Shown here: in pieces, positions 9,299 through 18,491 of the stretch
Numbering within the stretch: the stretch's first letter is position 1
Layout of the letters: every line of letters begins with the position of its first letter
Assembly: GCA_013824915.1 (NCBI GenBank)
Contig: PNOQ01000012.1
Span: 1-57,990, forward strand
Reading direction: 5' to 3'
DNA from: Nanoarchaeum sp.
GTDB taxonomy: Archaea; Nanobdellota; Nanobdellia; SCGC-AAA011-G17; PNOQ01
DNA: 57,990 nt
The notes under the pieces: generated by a model
Database searches by the model: none
What the model was told of the DNA's origin: nothing
What the model saw: the letters and a program-made list of their open reading frames with translations, nothing else
Program-made: the position numbers and the translations under genes

Positions 9299-10123
9299 AT
9301 GAAGTCAATAGTTTTCATATTAATTTTTAGTTTAATTTTCATTTCTGCATGTGAATTCATGATTGATGAAGAGATAATGGCCGCAGTAAAAAAAGGCGAT
9401 ATCTCAATGTGTGATGAACTTGATACTTCTAAAAATGCTAACAGAATAAATGATTGTTATGCACAGGTTGCTGCAAAAACAGGGGAAGAAGACATTTGTC
9501 CAAAGATTAATGATGGTTATTATCAAGCTCAATGTTATGAAAAGGTCGCAATAAAAAATAAAAATATAGAGCTTTGTTCTAAGGTAACAGCAGAATATAA
9601 TCAAAGAAACTGTTATACTCAAATTGCAATAAGCAAAAAAGACAGTTCTATATGTAAACAAATAAAAGAAACTTTCTTCCAAGATGATTGTTACATAGAA
9701 TATGCAAAAGGCACAGGAGAAGTAAATGATTGTTATGCTTTAATGACTGAAAGTACTAAACAAGATGAATGTTTCTTATGGTTCGCAGAAGAAAAGAAAT
9801 CAGAGAAAATATGCGAAAAAATAGGAAGTGTCTCTATCAAAGATGATTGTTATCAAAAAGTTGGCATAGCTATACAAGGAAATCTTTTATGTGCAAAAAT
9901 AGAATCACAAACAAAAAGAGATAATTGCTATTTTGAAGTTGCTAGCAAAATGGGCAGTGTAGATGTATGTAATAAAATAGATTCTAAAACCCAATTATGG
10001 ATAACATGTATAAAACAAGTCGCAATAACACAAAATAATAAATACTTTTGTGAAATGTTATCTGATAAACCTGCTGAGCAAGAAAGTTGCAAACTACAAG
10101 TAGATAATGCAAGAGCAAGTTAG
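9299..10123 (+). CDS. Cys-rich repeat lipoprotein (about nine ~26-aa C-x11-12-C-Y units)
   Basis: Lipobox-like signal ...LIFISAC. Repeated motifs: NDCYAQVA, AQCYEKVA, RNCYTQIA, DDCYIEYA, DECFLWFA, DDCYQKVG, DNCYFEVA. A paralogue lies at 39730-40755. Confidence 0.7.
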   Translation: MKSIVFILIFSLIFISACEFMIDEEIMAAVKKGDISMCDELDTSKNANRINDCYAQVAAKTGEEDICPKINDGYYQAQCYEKVAIKNKNIELCSKVTAEYNQRNCYTQIAISKKDSSICKQIKETFFQDDCYIEYAKGTGEVNDCYALMTESTKQDECFLWFAEEKKSEKICEKIGSVSIKDDCYQKVGIAIQGNLLCAKIESQTKRDNCYFEVASKMGSVDVCNKIDSKTQLWITCIKQVAITQNNKYFCEMLSDKPAEQESCKLQVDNARAS

Positions 10124-10161
10124 TAAATTTAATAAACTTTACACCTACAACCTTATTACTC

Positions 10162-10235
10162 GGGGCTGTGGGGTAATTTGGTTAGCCTACTAGGATGGGG
10201 TCCTAGTGATTCCGGTTCAAATCCGGGCAGTCCCA
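10162..10235 (+). tRNA. tRNA-Pro, anticodon GGG (hand-folded)
   Basis: Acceptor GGGGCTG/CAGTCCC. Anticodon stem CTAGG/CCTAG with loop ATGGGGT. T arm TCCGG-TTCAAAT-CCGGG. Discriminator A. Confidence 0.85.
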
Positions 10236-10244
10236 TAAAAAACA

Positions 10245-10252
10245 TTTATATA
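10245..10252 (+). promoter_or_regulatory. TATA-box-like element (TTTATATA)
   Basis: Lies 30 nt upstream of the ATG at 10275. Confidence 0.5.
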
Positions 10253-10274
10253 ATACTAAAACTGAATTTTATTA

Positions 10275-12899
10275 ATGATTCCATACCATGCAAAATCAAA
10301 AGAGCAAGTTCTTACAGCATTAAATTCTGACCATATTACCGGTTTAACTCAACATGAAGCAGAATACCGATTAAAACGAACAGGATTAAACAAAATAGAA
10401 AAAGAAAAAAATATTTCTAAACTATCTATCTTTATTAGGCAATTTAAAAGTCCATTAATTTATGTTTTATTTTTTGCTATAATAATATGTATAATAATCA
10501 AAGAATTCATTAATGCATATGTAATTTTAGCTATATTATTCATAAACAGTTTGCTTGGATTTTACCAAGAATACAAAGCTGAACGTGCTTTAGAATTATT
10601 AAGAAAAATAACTGCTTCTTCAGCAAAAGTTATAAGAAACAAAAAAGTTTTAGTAATCAATGCAGAAGAATTAGTTCCAGGGGATATATTAATTCTTGAA
10701 GAAGGAGATAAAATACCTGCAGATTCTAGATTAATACAAGTTTTTAATTTTAAAACAAATGAAGCAGTTTTAACCGGCGAATCAAACCCTATAGAAAAAA
10801 TAACTAATCATATACCAGAAACACAAACAATTTCTTTACAAAACAATATGGTTTTTGCTGGAACTACTGTATCTTCTGGAAGAGCTAGAGCAGTTGTAAC
10901 TGCAACAGGTTCAAAAACAGAATTTGGTAAACTAGCTAACTCATTACAGATAATAAAAGAAGAAGAAACTTTGCTCGAAAAAAAATTAAAAAAACTAAGC
11001 AAAAGTTTAGTAAAAATAATATTAATATCTGTGTTATTCTTACTTATATTAAGTATCATCAGAAAAATTCCTATATTCGAATCAGTAATGACTGCAATAA
11101 GTATTGCAGTTGCAACAATTCCAGAAGGTTTGCCAATAGTTCTTACAGTTTCTTTAGCATTAGGTGTGCAAAGAATGGCACAAAATAAAGCTTTAGTAAG
11201 GAAACTTTCCTCAATAGAAAATCTAGGTTCTGTAACAGTTATTTGTTCTGATAAAACTGGAACTATGACTAAAGGTGAAATGACTGTAACCCAAATTTAT
11301 GCAAACAACGAATTGATCCAAGTTTCCGGAAATGGTTATGACACAAAAGGAAATTTTAAAACTTCTTTTTCACCAAAGTACGATACCAAGAAACTTCAAA
11401 GATTATTAGAAACAGGAATTTTATGCAACAATTCTCAATTAGACAATAAAATTGGCGATCCAACCGAACTAGCTTTATTAGTAGTTGCAAAAAAAGCAAA
11501 TATCGCTACAAATTTTACTAGACTAGATGAAACTCCATTTGATTCTGCAAAAAAGTTTATGGCAACTTTAGATTCATACGAAAATAAAAAATATATTCAT
11601 TTGAAAGGCGCCCCAGAAGTAATATTAGACAAATGTAAATATTATTATGATAATGAACGAATTAAATTTTTAGACAAAAAAGACAGAGAAAGAATATTAT
11701 TAATGAACTCAAAAATGGCAAATTCTGCTCTAAGAGTTCTTGCATTAGCTTATTCAAAAGAAAATAATTCTAAAGAAATGATTTTTTTAGGTTTAGTTGG
11801 TATGATTGATCCACCAAGAGAAGAAGCAAAAGAGGCAATTAAATTATGTAAAAAAGCAGGTATAAGAGTTATAATGATAACTGGTGATAATCCATTAACT
11901 GCACAAGCAATTGCAAAAGAATTGAATCTAGGCACAACTGTAATAACTGGCGAACAAATTTCAAATTCAACAAAAGAACACATATCTTATCTTGTTTCGA
12001 ACGTAGATATTTATGCAAGAGTAAACCCAGAACATAAAGTTTTAATCTTAGAAGCATTGCAAGAAAAAGGCGAAATAGTAGCAATGACTGGTGACGGTAT
12101 AAATGATGCGCCTGCAATGAAAAAAGCAGACATAGGAATTGCAATGGGAATCTCTGGAACAGATGTTACAAGAGATTCATCCGATATTATATTATTAGAT
12201 GATAACTTTAATTCAATTGTTACTGCAGTACATCATGGAAGAAGAATATATGATAATACAAAAAAGTTCGTAAAATTTATGCTTGCTACCAATCTTGGAG
12301 AAATTGGCATGATCACAATGTCATTAATATTATCTTTACCTTTGCCTTTACTACCATTACAAATTTTATGGGCTAATTTAATAACAGATAGCTTACCTGC
12401 TATAGCCTTAGGTGTAGACCCAGCAGAAAAAGAAATTATGCATAGAAAACCAAGAAATCCAAATGAATCTATACTTAAAGATTCAACACAATTTTTAATT
12501 TTATCCGGAATATTATTAACTGCAATAGGAATTTCAATTTTTGCATATTCATATAATCATTCTGGAAGTTTAGACAAAGCAAGAACAATGGTCTTAACTA
12601 CATTAATCTTATTTGAAATCTTATTGGTTTTTGTTTGTAGATCAAATAAAAAAAGTATGTTTAAAATGAATATATTCGAAAACAAATTTTTATTAGCTTC
12701 AGTAATATTCGGACTAGGTTTACAAGCACTATTACTTTACACTCCAATTGGAAAATTCTTTAGTTTAGTATCTTTAAGTTTAAACGATATATTGACCTGT
12801 TTAGTCTTTGCTTTAGTAGGAATAATAATCTTGGAAATTAGAAAAATATTTGTCATTGATGAAACGAAAAACTATATAAAACAAGAATCCAAAAATTAG
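10275..12899 (+). CDS. P-type cation-transporting ATPase (type II, Ca2+/cation pump-like)
   Basis: Motifs TGES, ICSDKTGTMT (phospho-Asp), MITGDN and TGDGINDAPAMKKADIGIAMG are present. About 10 TM segments. Confidence 0.95.
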   Translation: MIPYHAKSKEQVLTALNSDHITGLTQHEAEYRLKRTGLNKIEKEKNISKLSIFIRQFKSPLIYVLFFAIIICIIIKEFINAYVILAILFINSLLGFYQEYKAERALELLRKITASSAKVIRNKKVLVINAEELVPGDILILEEGDKIPADSRLIQVFNFKTNEAVLTGESNPIEKITNHIPETQTISLQNNMVFAGTTVSSGRARAVVTATGSKTEFGKLANSLQIIKEEETLLEKKLKKLSKSLVKIILISVLFLLILSIIRKIPIFESVMTAISIAVATIPEGLPIVLTVSLALGVQRMAQNKALVRKLSSIENLGSVTVICSDKTGTMTKGEMTVTQIYANNELIQVSGNGYDTKGNFKTSFSPKYDTKKLQRLLETGILCNNSQLDNKIGDPTELALLVVAKKANIATNFTRLDETPFDSAKKFMATLDSYENKKYIHLKGAPEVILDKCKYYYDNERIKFLDKKDRERILLMNSKMANSALRVLALAYSKENNSKEMIFLGLVGMIDPPREEAKEAIKLCKKAGIRVIMITGDNPLTAQAIAKELNLGTTVITGEQISNSTKEHISYLVSNVDIYARVNPEHKVLILEALQEKGEIVAMTGDGINDAPAMKKADIGIAMGISGTDVTRDSSDIILLDDNFNSIVTAVHHGRRIYDNTKKFVKFMLATNLGEIGMITMSLILSLPLPLLPLQILWANLITDSLPAIALGVDPAEKEIMHRKPRNPNESILKDSTQFLILSGILLTAIGISIFAYSYNHSGSLDKARTMVLTTLILFEILLVFVCRSNKKSMFKMNIFENKFLLASVIFGLGLQALLLYTPIGKFFSLVSLSLNDILTCLVFALVGIIILEIRKIFVIDETKNYIKQESKN

Positions 12900-12902
12900 A
12901 TT

Positions 12903-14033
12903 ATGAATTCATTACAAACGTTCAGAGCAACAGCTTTACTTTGTGGCACTATAATTGGTGCAGGTGTTTTAGGAATCCCATACATTATTTCTCAAGTAGG
13001 TTTTATTCCTGGAATTTTTATCATAATCTTAATTGGTTTGGCTATGATGATGTTAAATTTATTCCTTGGAGAAATAATACTAAGAACTCCAGGCAATCAT
13101 CAACTTCCAGGATATGCTGAACGTTATCTTGGTAAAACTGGAAAAAAATTAATGATGTTCTCAATGATATTTGGAATCTACGGTGCATTAATAGCATATA
13201 TTATAGGTTCGGGTCAAGCACTTGCTACTGTTTTTGGTTTATCAAGTTTAACATTTTCAATTGCATTTTTCATAGTGGCTTCAGGAATCGTTTACATAGG
13301 CCTAAAAGCAATAGCAAAATCAGAATTATTTTTCATAGTAGCCGTGTTTTTAATATTTGGTGGTTTATTTATTTATTCATTATTCTCGGGAAAATTTAAC
13401 TTAGCCAATTTAGCAGTTGTTAATTTAAAAAATATATTTTTACCTTATGGTGTTGTTTTGTTTGCTTTCATAGGAACTGCAGCAATTCCAGAGATGAAAG
13501 AATATTTAACGCATGATAAAAAGAAATTAAAGAAAGCAATAATATTAGGTTCGTTAATTCCTTTGATTACTTATTTATTATTCACATTTGTGGTATTAGG
13601 AATAACAGGATTAAACACAACAGAAATAGCAACTATTGGTTTAGGAGAAGTTTTTGGTGAATATATTTTAGTAATAGGTAATTTATTTGCAGTAGTAGCA
13701 ATGTTTACTTCTTTTTTAACTTTGGCTTTAGCAATGAAAGAAGTTTATTTATATGATTATAAATTTAAAAACTTTTTAGCTTGGGCATTAACAGTTATTA
13801 TACCGTTCATAATTTTCTTAACCGGTTTTACAAGTTTTATAAAAATAATTGGGATAACTGGTGCAGTTGCCGGAGGAGTTGACGGAATATTAATTGTTCT
13901 CATGTTTTGGAAAGCAAGAAAAATGCAATATAGAATCCCAGAATATAAATTAGGTAAAAAACACACTTTAGGATTTTTATTAATGTTAATGTTTATATTG
14001 GGGCTTATATATCAGTTTTATTCTCTAATTTAA
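12903..14033 (+). CDS. amino-acid permease (Trp/Tyr-permease / AAAP-like)
   Basis: About 11 TM helices. N-terminal motif [16 protein letters not shown]. Confidence 0.8.
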   Translation: MNSLQTFRATALLCGTIIGAGVLGIPYIISQVGFIPGIFIIILIGLAMMMLNLFLGEIILRTPGNHQLPGYAERYLGKTGKKLMMFSMIFGIYGALIAYIIGSGQALATVFGLSSLTFSIAFFIVASGIVYIGLKAIAKSELFFIVAVFLIFGGLFIYSLFSGKFNLANLAVVNLKNIFLPYGVVLFAFIGTAAIPEMKEYLTHDKKKLKKAIILGSLIPLITYLLFTFVVLGITGLNTTEIATIGLGEVFGEYILVIGNLFAVVAMFTSFLTLALAMKEVYLYDYKFKNFLAWALTVIIPFIIFLTGFTSFIKIIGITGAVAGGVDGILIVLMFWKARKMQYRIPEYKLGKKHTLGFLLMLMFILGLIYQFYSLI

Positions 14034-15167
14034 TCCAGATTTTTCTCTTAAAACTTGAGCTTTATCAACTTGTTCCCAACTGAATTCATTTCTTCCAAAA
14101 TGACCATAAGCAGCAGTTCTTCTATAAATCGGTTTTAACAAATCTAATTTTTCTATAATTCCTCTTGGGGTCATATCAAAGTTTTCAAATATTAATCTCA
14201 TTATTTCTTCTTCAGGAATTTTATTTGTCCCAAAACATTCTACATTTATCGAACTTGGCCTTGCAACACCAATAACATAACTTACTTGTATTTCACACTT
14301 ATCTGCTAAACCAGCAGCCACTATATTCTTAGCAACATATCTGGCCATATATGCTCCGCTTCTATCTACTTTACTAGGATCTTTACCTGAAAAAGCACCC
14401 CCACCATGCCTTCCTACCCCACCATAACTATCTACAATAATTTTTCTTCCAGTAACTCCTGTATCTCCTTCTGGACCACCAATAACAAATCTTCCAGTAG
14501 CATTAATATGGATTTTAGTATTCTTATCTATTAAATTCCCACAAATAGGTTTTATTACATTCTTGAAAATTTCTTTTCTTAATGTGTTTTCAGAAATGTC
14601 TTCTGTATGTTGTTGTGCAATAACTACACAATCTATTCTTTTTGGTCTTCCTTTTACATATTGAACAGTAACTTGTGATTTTCCATCCGGACCAAGATGT
14701 TTTATAATATTTTTTTTCCTAACCTCTGCTAATCTTCTTGTTAATTTATGAGCAAATATTATTGGCATAGGCATTAATTCCCTAGTTTCATTACATGCAA
14801 ATCCATACATCATTCCTTGATCACCTGCACCTTGCTCTTTATTATTAACACCCATAGCAATTTCCGGGCTTTGTTTATGTATCGCAACCCATACACCTGC
14901 ATCTTGATAATCAATTCCAAATTTAGGATTAGTATAACCTATTTCTCTCAAAACTCTTCTAACCGTTTCTTGAACATCAACAAAACCGCTAGTAGTAATC
15001 TCTCCAGCTACATGAACACTACCAGTAGTTACTAAAGTTTCAACAGCAACTCTTGACTTAGGATCTTGAGCTAATAATTCATCTAAAATTTCATCAGATA
15101 TTTGGTCACAAATCTTATCTGGATGACCTTCAGTAACAGATTCAGAAGTTATAAAATAATTTTCCAT
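14025..15167 (-). CDS. metK: S-adenosylmethionine synthetase, bacterial/eukaryotic MetK type
   Basis: Motifs [31 protein letters not shown] and [19 protein letters not shown] are present. Confidence 0.95.
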   Translation of the reverse strand: MENYFITSESVTEGHPDKICDQISDEILDELLAQDPKSRVAVETLVTTGSVHVAGEITTSGFVDVQETVRRVLREIGYTNPKFGIDYQDAGVWVAIHKQSPEIAMGVNNKEQGAGDQGMMYGFACNETRELMPMPIIFAHKLTRRLAEVRKKNIIKHLGPDGKSQVTVQYVKGRPKRIDCVVIAQQHTEDISENTLRKEIFKNVIKPICGNLIDKNTKIHINATGRFVIGGPEGDTGVTGRKIIVDSYGGVGRHGGGAFSGKDPSKVDRSGAYMARYVAKNIVAAGLADKCEIQVSYVIGVARPSSINVECFGTNKIPEEEIMRLIFENFDMTPRGIIEKLDLLKPIYRRTAAYGHFGRNEFSWEQVDKAQVLREKSGLN

Positions 15168-15212
15168 TGATTGAGGAAAGTTAAATAATTTATAAAGTTT
15201 ATTATACTTAAT

Positions 15213-16493
15213 CTAAGGTGTCCATCTAGTCATTGTTCTTGGGAAAGCAATAGCATCCTTTATGTTATCTAACCCACAAATCCAAGATATAATTCTTTCA
15301 ACACCGGCACCATATCCTCCATGAGGAACACTACCGTATCTTCTAGTGTCAAAATAGAATTCATATTTCTTAGCATCTTCGCCCTGTTCCTTTAGGTTTT
15401 CTTTCAATTTGTTAATATCAGTTTCTCTTTCAGAAGCACCAACTATTTCTCCATAATGTTCTGGTGCAATAACATCAAATCCTAATACAACTTTAGGATT
15501 TTTAGGATCTTCTCTCATATAAAATGCCTTAACAATTTTGGGATATTTTGTTACGATAATCGGTGTATCGTATAATTCACTTAATTTATCTTCTTCGTTT
15601 GTTCTCAAATCTTTGCCCCATTCTACTTTCATCCTATGCTCCGCTAATATTTTTAAAGCATTATCATAAGTTATTCTTGGAAAACTTTTTTTTACAATTG
15701 GCTCTAATTTTTTAATATCTCTTTCAAGAATTTCTAAATCATTTTTATTGTTGTCTAAAACTTTCTTAACAACATGTTTAATCATTTCTTCAGCATCATC
15801 TTGTAAATAATCAAAACCTTCCCAGGCAACTTCCATCTCTGCCATCCATAGTTCAGATAAATGCCTAGATGTTTTTGATTTCTCTGCTCTAAATGCCGGT
15901 TGTATAGTAAATATCTTTTCTAAAGCAAATATAGCAGGCTCAGCATGTAATTGCCATGTTTGTGATAAATAGACTGGCTTACCATAATAATCTACTTTAA
16001 ACAACGTAGATCCACCCTCGCACTGCATACCCATAAATATTGGACTATGATATTCATAAAATCCTTTTTTTGCCCAATGCTCTCTCATAGCACTCAAAAC
16101 CGTACTTCTAATTTTTAATATTGAAGTCATTTTTCTACTTCTTAACCACAAATGTCTATTGTCTGCTAAAAATTCAACACTTTGATCTTTGTTTATTGGA
16201 AAATCTTCAGAAGCATGAACAACAATTAATTTTTTAACATCAATTTCATATTTTGTTGGTGCTCTTGGTTCAGCATATATTTCTCCTTCAATTTCAATAG
16301 AGCTTTCTGTTAATAGTTTATCTGCTGTTTTAACCATTTCTTCATCTTTTATCACACATTGTATAACTTCAGAAGAATCTCTCAAAACAATGAATATTTT
16401 ATCTTTTAGTTTTCTAATTCTATAAACCCAGCCTCTCACTTTAACTGGGCCTTTCTTTTTCTCTATTGCTTCAGATATTTTTACAAAACTCAT
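15213..16493 (-). CDS. asnS: asparaginyl-tRNA synthetase
   Basis: Class IIb enzyme with an OB-fold N-terminus. Motifs FRAEKSKTSRHLSELWM and C-terminal GGYGAGVERIISWICGL...FPR are present. The start overlaps the aspS stop (ATGA). Confidence 0.9.
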   Translation of the reverse strand: MSFVKISEAIEKKKGPVKVRGWVYRIRKLKDKIFIVLRDSSEVIQCVIKDEEMVKTADKLLTESSIEIEGEIYAEPRAPTKYEIDVKKLIVVHASEDFPINKDQSVEFLADNRHLWLRSRKMTSILKIRSTVLSAMREHWAKKGFYEYHSPIFMGMQCEGGSTLFKVDYYGKPVYLSQTWQLHAEPAIFALEKIFTIQPAFRAEKSKTSRHLSELWMAEMEVAWEGFDYLQDDAEEMIKHVVKKVLDNNKNDLEILERDIKKLEPIVKKSFPRITYDNALKILAEHRMKVEWGKDLRTNEEDKLSELYDTPIIVTKYPKIVKAFYMREDPKNPKVVLGFDVIAPEHYGEIVGASERETDINKLKENLKEQGEDAKKYEFYFDTRRYGSVPHGGYGAGVERIISWICGLDNIKDAIAFPRTMTRWTP

Positions 16494-17788
16494 GGTGTCA
16501 ACCTATCCATATCTCTAGTTAAAAGTAAAGCTTCTCTAATATTTTCTAAATTTAACATTCTTTGAGTAATTCTATCTAACCCAAAACCAACACCACCGTG
16601 GGGTATGGCACCATATCTAAATATGTCTTCATAGATTTTTGGTATTTTTACTCCCTTTTCTTTAGCTTGTTTTTGTAATATATCTAATCTATGCTCTCTT
16701 TGTGCACCAGTGGCTATTTCTACTCCTCTCCACAATAAATCAAAACTTCTTGTTGACTTAAGATCATTTTCTGGTTTCATATGATAGAATGGTCTTCTAG
16801 CAAAAGGATATTCTGTTACAAACACAAATTCTTCACCAAATTTTTCTAATACATATTCACCAATCATCTTTTCAGATTCTGCATCTAAATCATCATCATC
16901 TTTCAATTTCTTACCTTTTTTTGCTAACACTTTTTTTAATTCTGCCATAGATATTCTTGGTATCTTTTTTGGAACTTTCAAATCAACATTCAATATTTTT
17001 AATTCTTCTTCTTTTTCTTTTTTGACATTAGTTATTATATATTTAAACATTTGTTCAATCATATCCATAATATCATTTTCATCTTTGATAAAACCCATTT
17101 CAAAGTCTACTCCAGTAAATTCAGTTAAGTGTCTAGTTGTATTAGATTTTTCAGCTCTATACACCTGCCCAATTTCCATGACCCTAACAAATCCCCCATT
17201 AGTAAACATCTGTTTGTAAAATTGTGGTGATTGTGCTAACACAGCCTTTTTACCAAAATAATCTACTACGAATGAATCTGCTCCAGATTCTAATCCGATT
17301 GTAGTTATTTTTGGTGTATTAATTATAACAAAGCTTTCGCTGTCAAAAAAATCAACAATATTTTTATAAATACTTGATCTAATTTTAAAAATGGCAGAAA
17401 TATTTCTTTTTCTTGTGTCTATAAATCTATAATCCAGTCTTTTAGCCAAACCAGTATCAATCTCTTTCTCAATAACTTGAATAGGTAACATTTCAGCCTT
17501 ATTTAATAATTTTAACTCAGAAACCTCGATTTCAAACTCTTTTATACTTACTTCCGGGCTTTTTACTTGTGCTTTTTTAACTATACCTGTTATTTCTACC
17601 ACACTTTCTTGGCTTAATTCACCAAAATTATCAAAAGGTTTACCTGTTTTAATAGCGCACTGTAAAATTCCTTGCTCATCTCTAAGCAAAACAAACTTAA
17701 TTTTAGCTAAATCTCTTAGTTCGTGTGCCCAACCTCTTAAAGTTACTTTCTTCCCTTCCAAAGAACTTTTTATCTCATTAGTATACAT
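16490..17788 (-). CDS. aspS: aspartyl-tRNA synthetase, archaeal type
   Basis: Class IIb enzyme. Motifs QSPQFYKQ, YRAEKSNTTRHLTEF and C-terminal HGGVGFGLDR...RDMDRLTP are present. Confidence 0.9.
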   Translation of the reverse strand: MYTNEIKSSLEGKKVTLRGWAHELRDLAKIKFVLLRDEQGILQCAIKTGKPFDNFGELSQESVVEITGIVKKAQVKSPEVSIKEFEIEVSELKLLNKAEMLPIQVIEKEIDTGLAKRLDYRFIDTRKRNISAIFKIRSSIYKNIVDFFDSESFVIINTPKITTIGLESGADSFVVDYFGKKAVLAQSPQFYKQMFTNGGFVRVMEIGQVYRAEKSNTTRHLTEFTGVDFEMGFIKDENDIMDMIEQMFKYIITNVKKEKEEELKILNVDLKVPKKIPRISMAELKKVLAKKGKKLKDDDDLDAESEKMIGEYVLEKFGEEFVFVTEYPFARRPFYHMKPENDLKSTRSFDLLWRGVEIATGAQREHRLDILQKQAKEKGVKIPKIYEDIFRYGAIPHGGVGFGLDRITQRMLNLENIREALLLTRDMDRLTP

Positions 17789-17827
17789 GTTAATTAACTA
17801 AAATTAAGAGTTATATAAACTTTTCTT

Positions 17828-18460
17828 TTATTCTGATTTAACATCAGCTAGCCACTTCTGTTCGTATAATTTTTTAGCTAAATTGTTTATATTATCTCGA
17901 GTTCCTTCAATTAAGTAAGTTAAAATACTTTTATTATTAACTTTATCCATTTCTAAACCTATTAATTTATGTTTAGTTTTGAATTCATCAAATAAATCAC
18001 CAACTTCTTTCTCAGTTATCATAGACTTTGTTGTGATAATCAGTTTTTTCTGATAAGATCCAATACCTTTCACCTGCAAAAGCTTGTCTATTATTATGAC
18101 TATCCAAACTAAAATATAAATCATTAAAGCAATATTATACTCTCCCACCCCAACAATTAAACCAATTATAGCAAATAACCATATACTTGCGGCAGTCGTA
18201 AATCCGAATATCTTGTCCGTAGTTTTAATTAAAGCACCTGCTCCAAGAAAACCTATACCTGTAACAATCGCAGATAACAATGGCAAAGGATTACTAGAAA
18301 AAATATCTGTAGCAACTATAGCCAAAGCACAAGCACCAATAGAAACAAAACTAAACGTTCCGAAACCTACTGGTTTATGTTCTCTTTGCCTTTCTATCCC
18401 AAATATGAATGCTAATATGAATGTAATCCCGAACCTTAATGCAGCAGTCTGTATATCCAT
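17828..18460 (-). CDS. mgtC: MgtC/SapB-family membrane protein
   Basis: N-terminal segment FGITFILAFIFGIERQ. Four to five TM helices plus a soluble C-terminal domain. Confidence 0.85.
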   Translation of the reverse strand: MDIQTAALRFGITFILAFIFGIERQREHKPVGFGTFSFVSIGACALAIVATDIFSSNPLPLLSAIVTGIGFLGAGALIKTTDKIFGFTTAASIWLFAIIGLIVGVGEYNIALMIYILVWIVIIIDKLLQVKGIGSYQKKLIITTKSMITEKEVGDLFDEFKTKHKLIGLEMDKVNNKSILTYLIEGTRDNINNLAKKLYEQKWLADVKSE

Positions 18461-18491
18461 AACTAAAAATTAGTTCACTACTATATAAATT

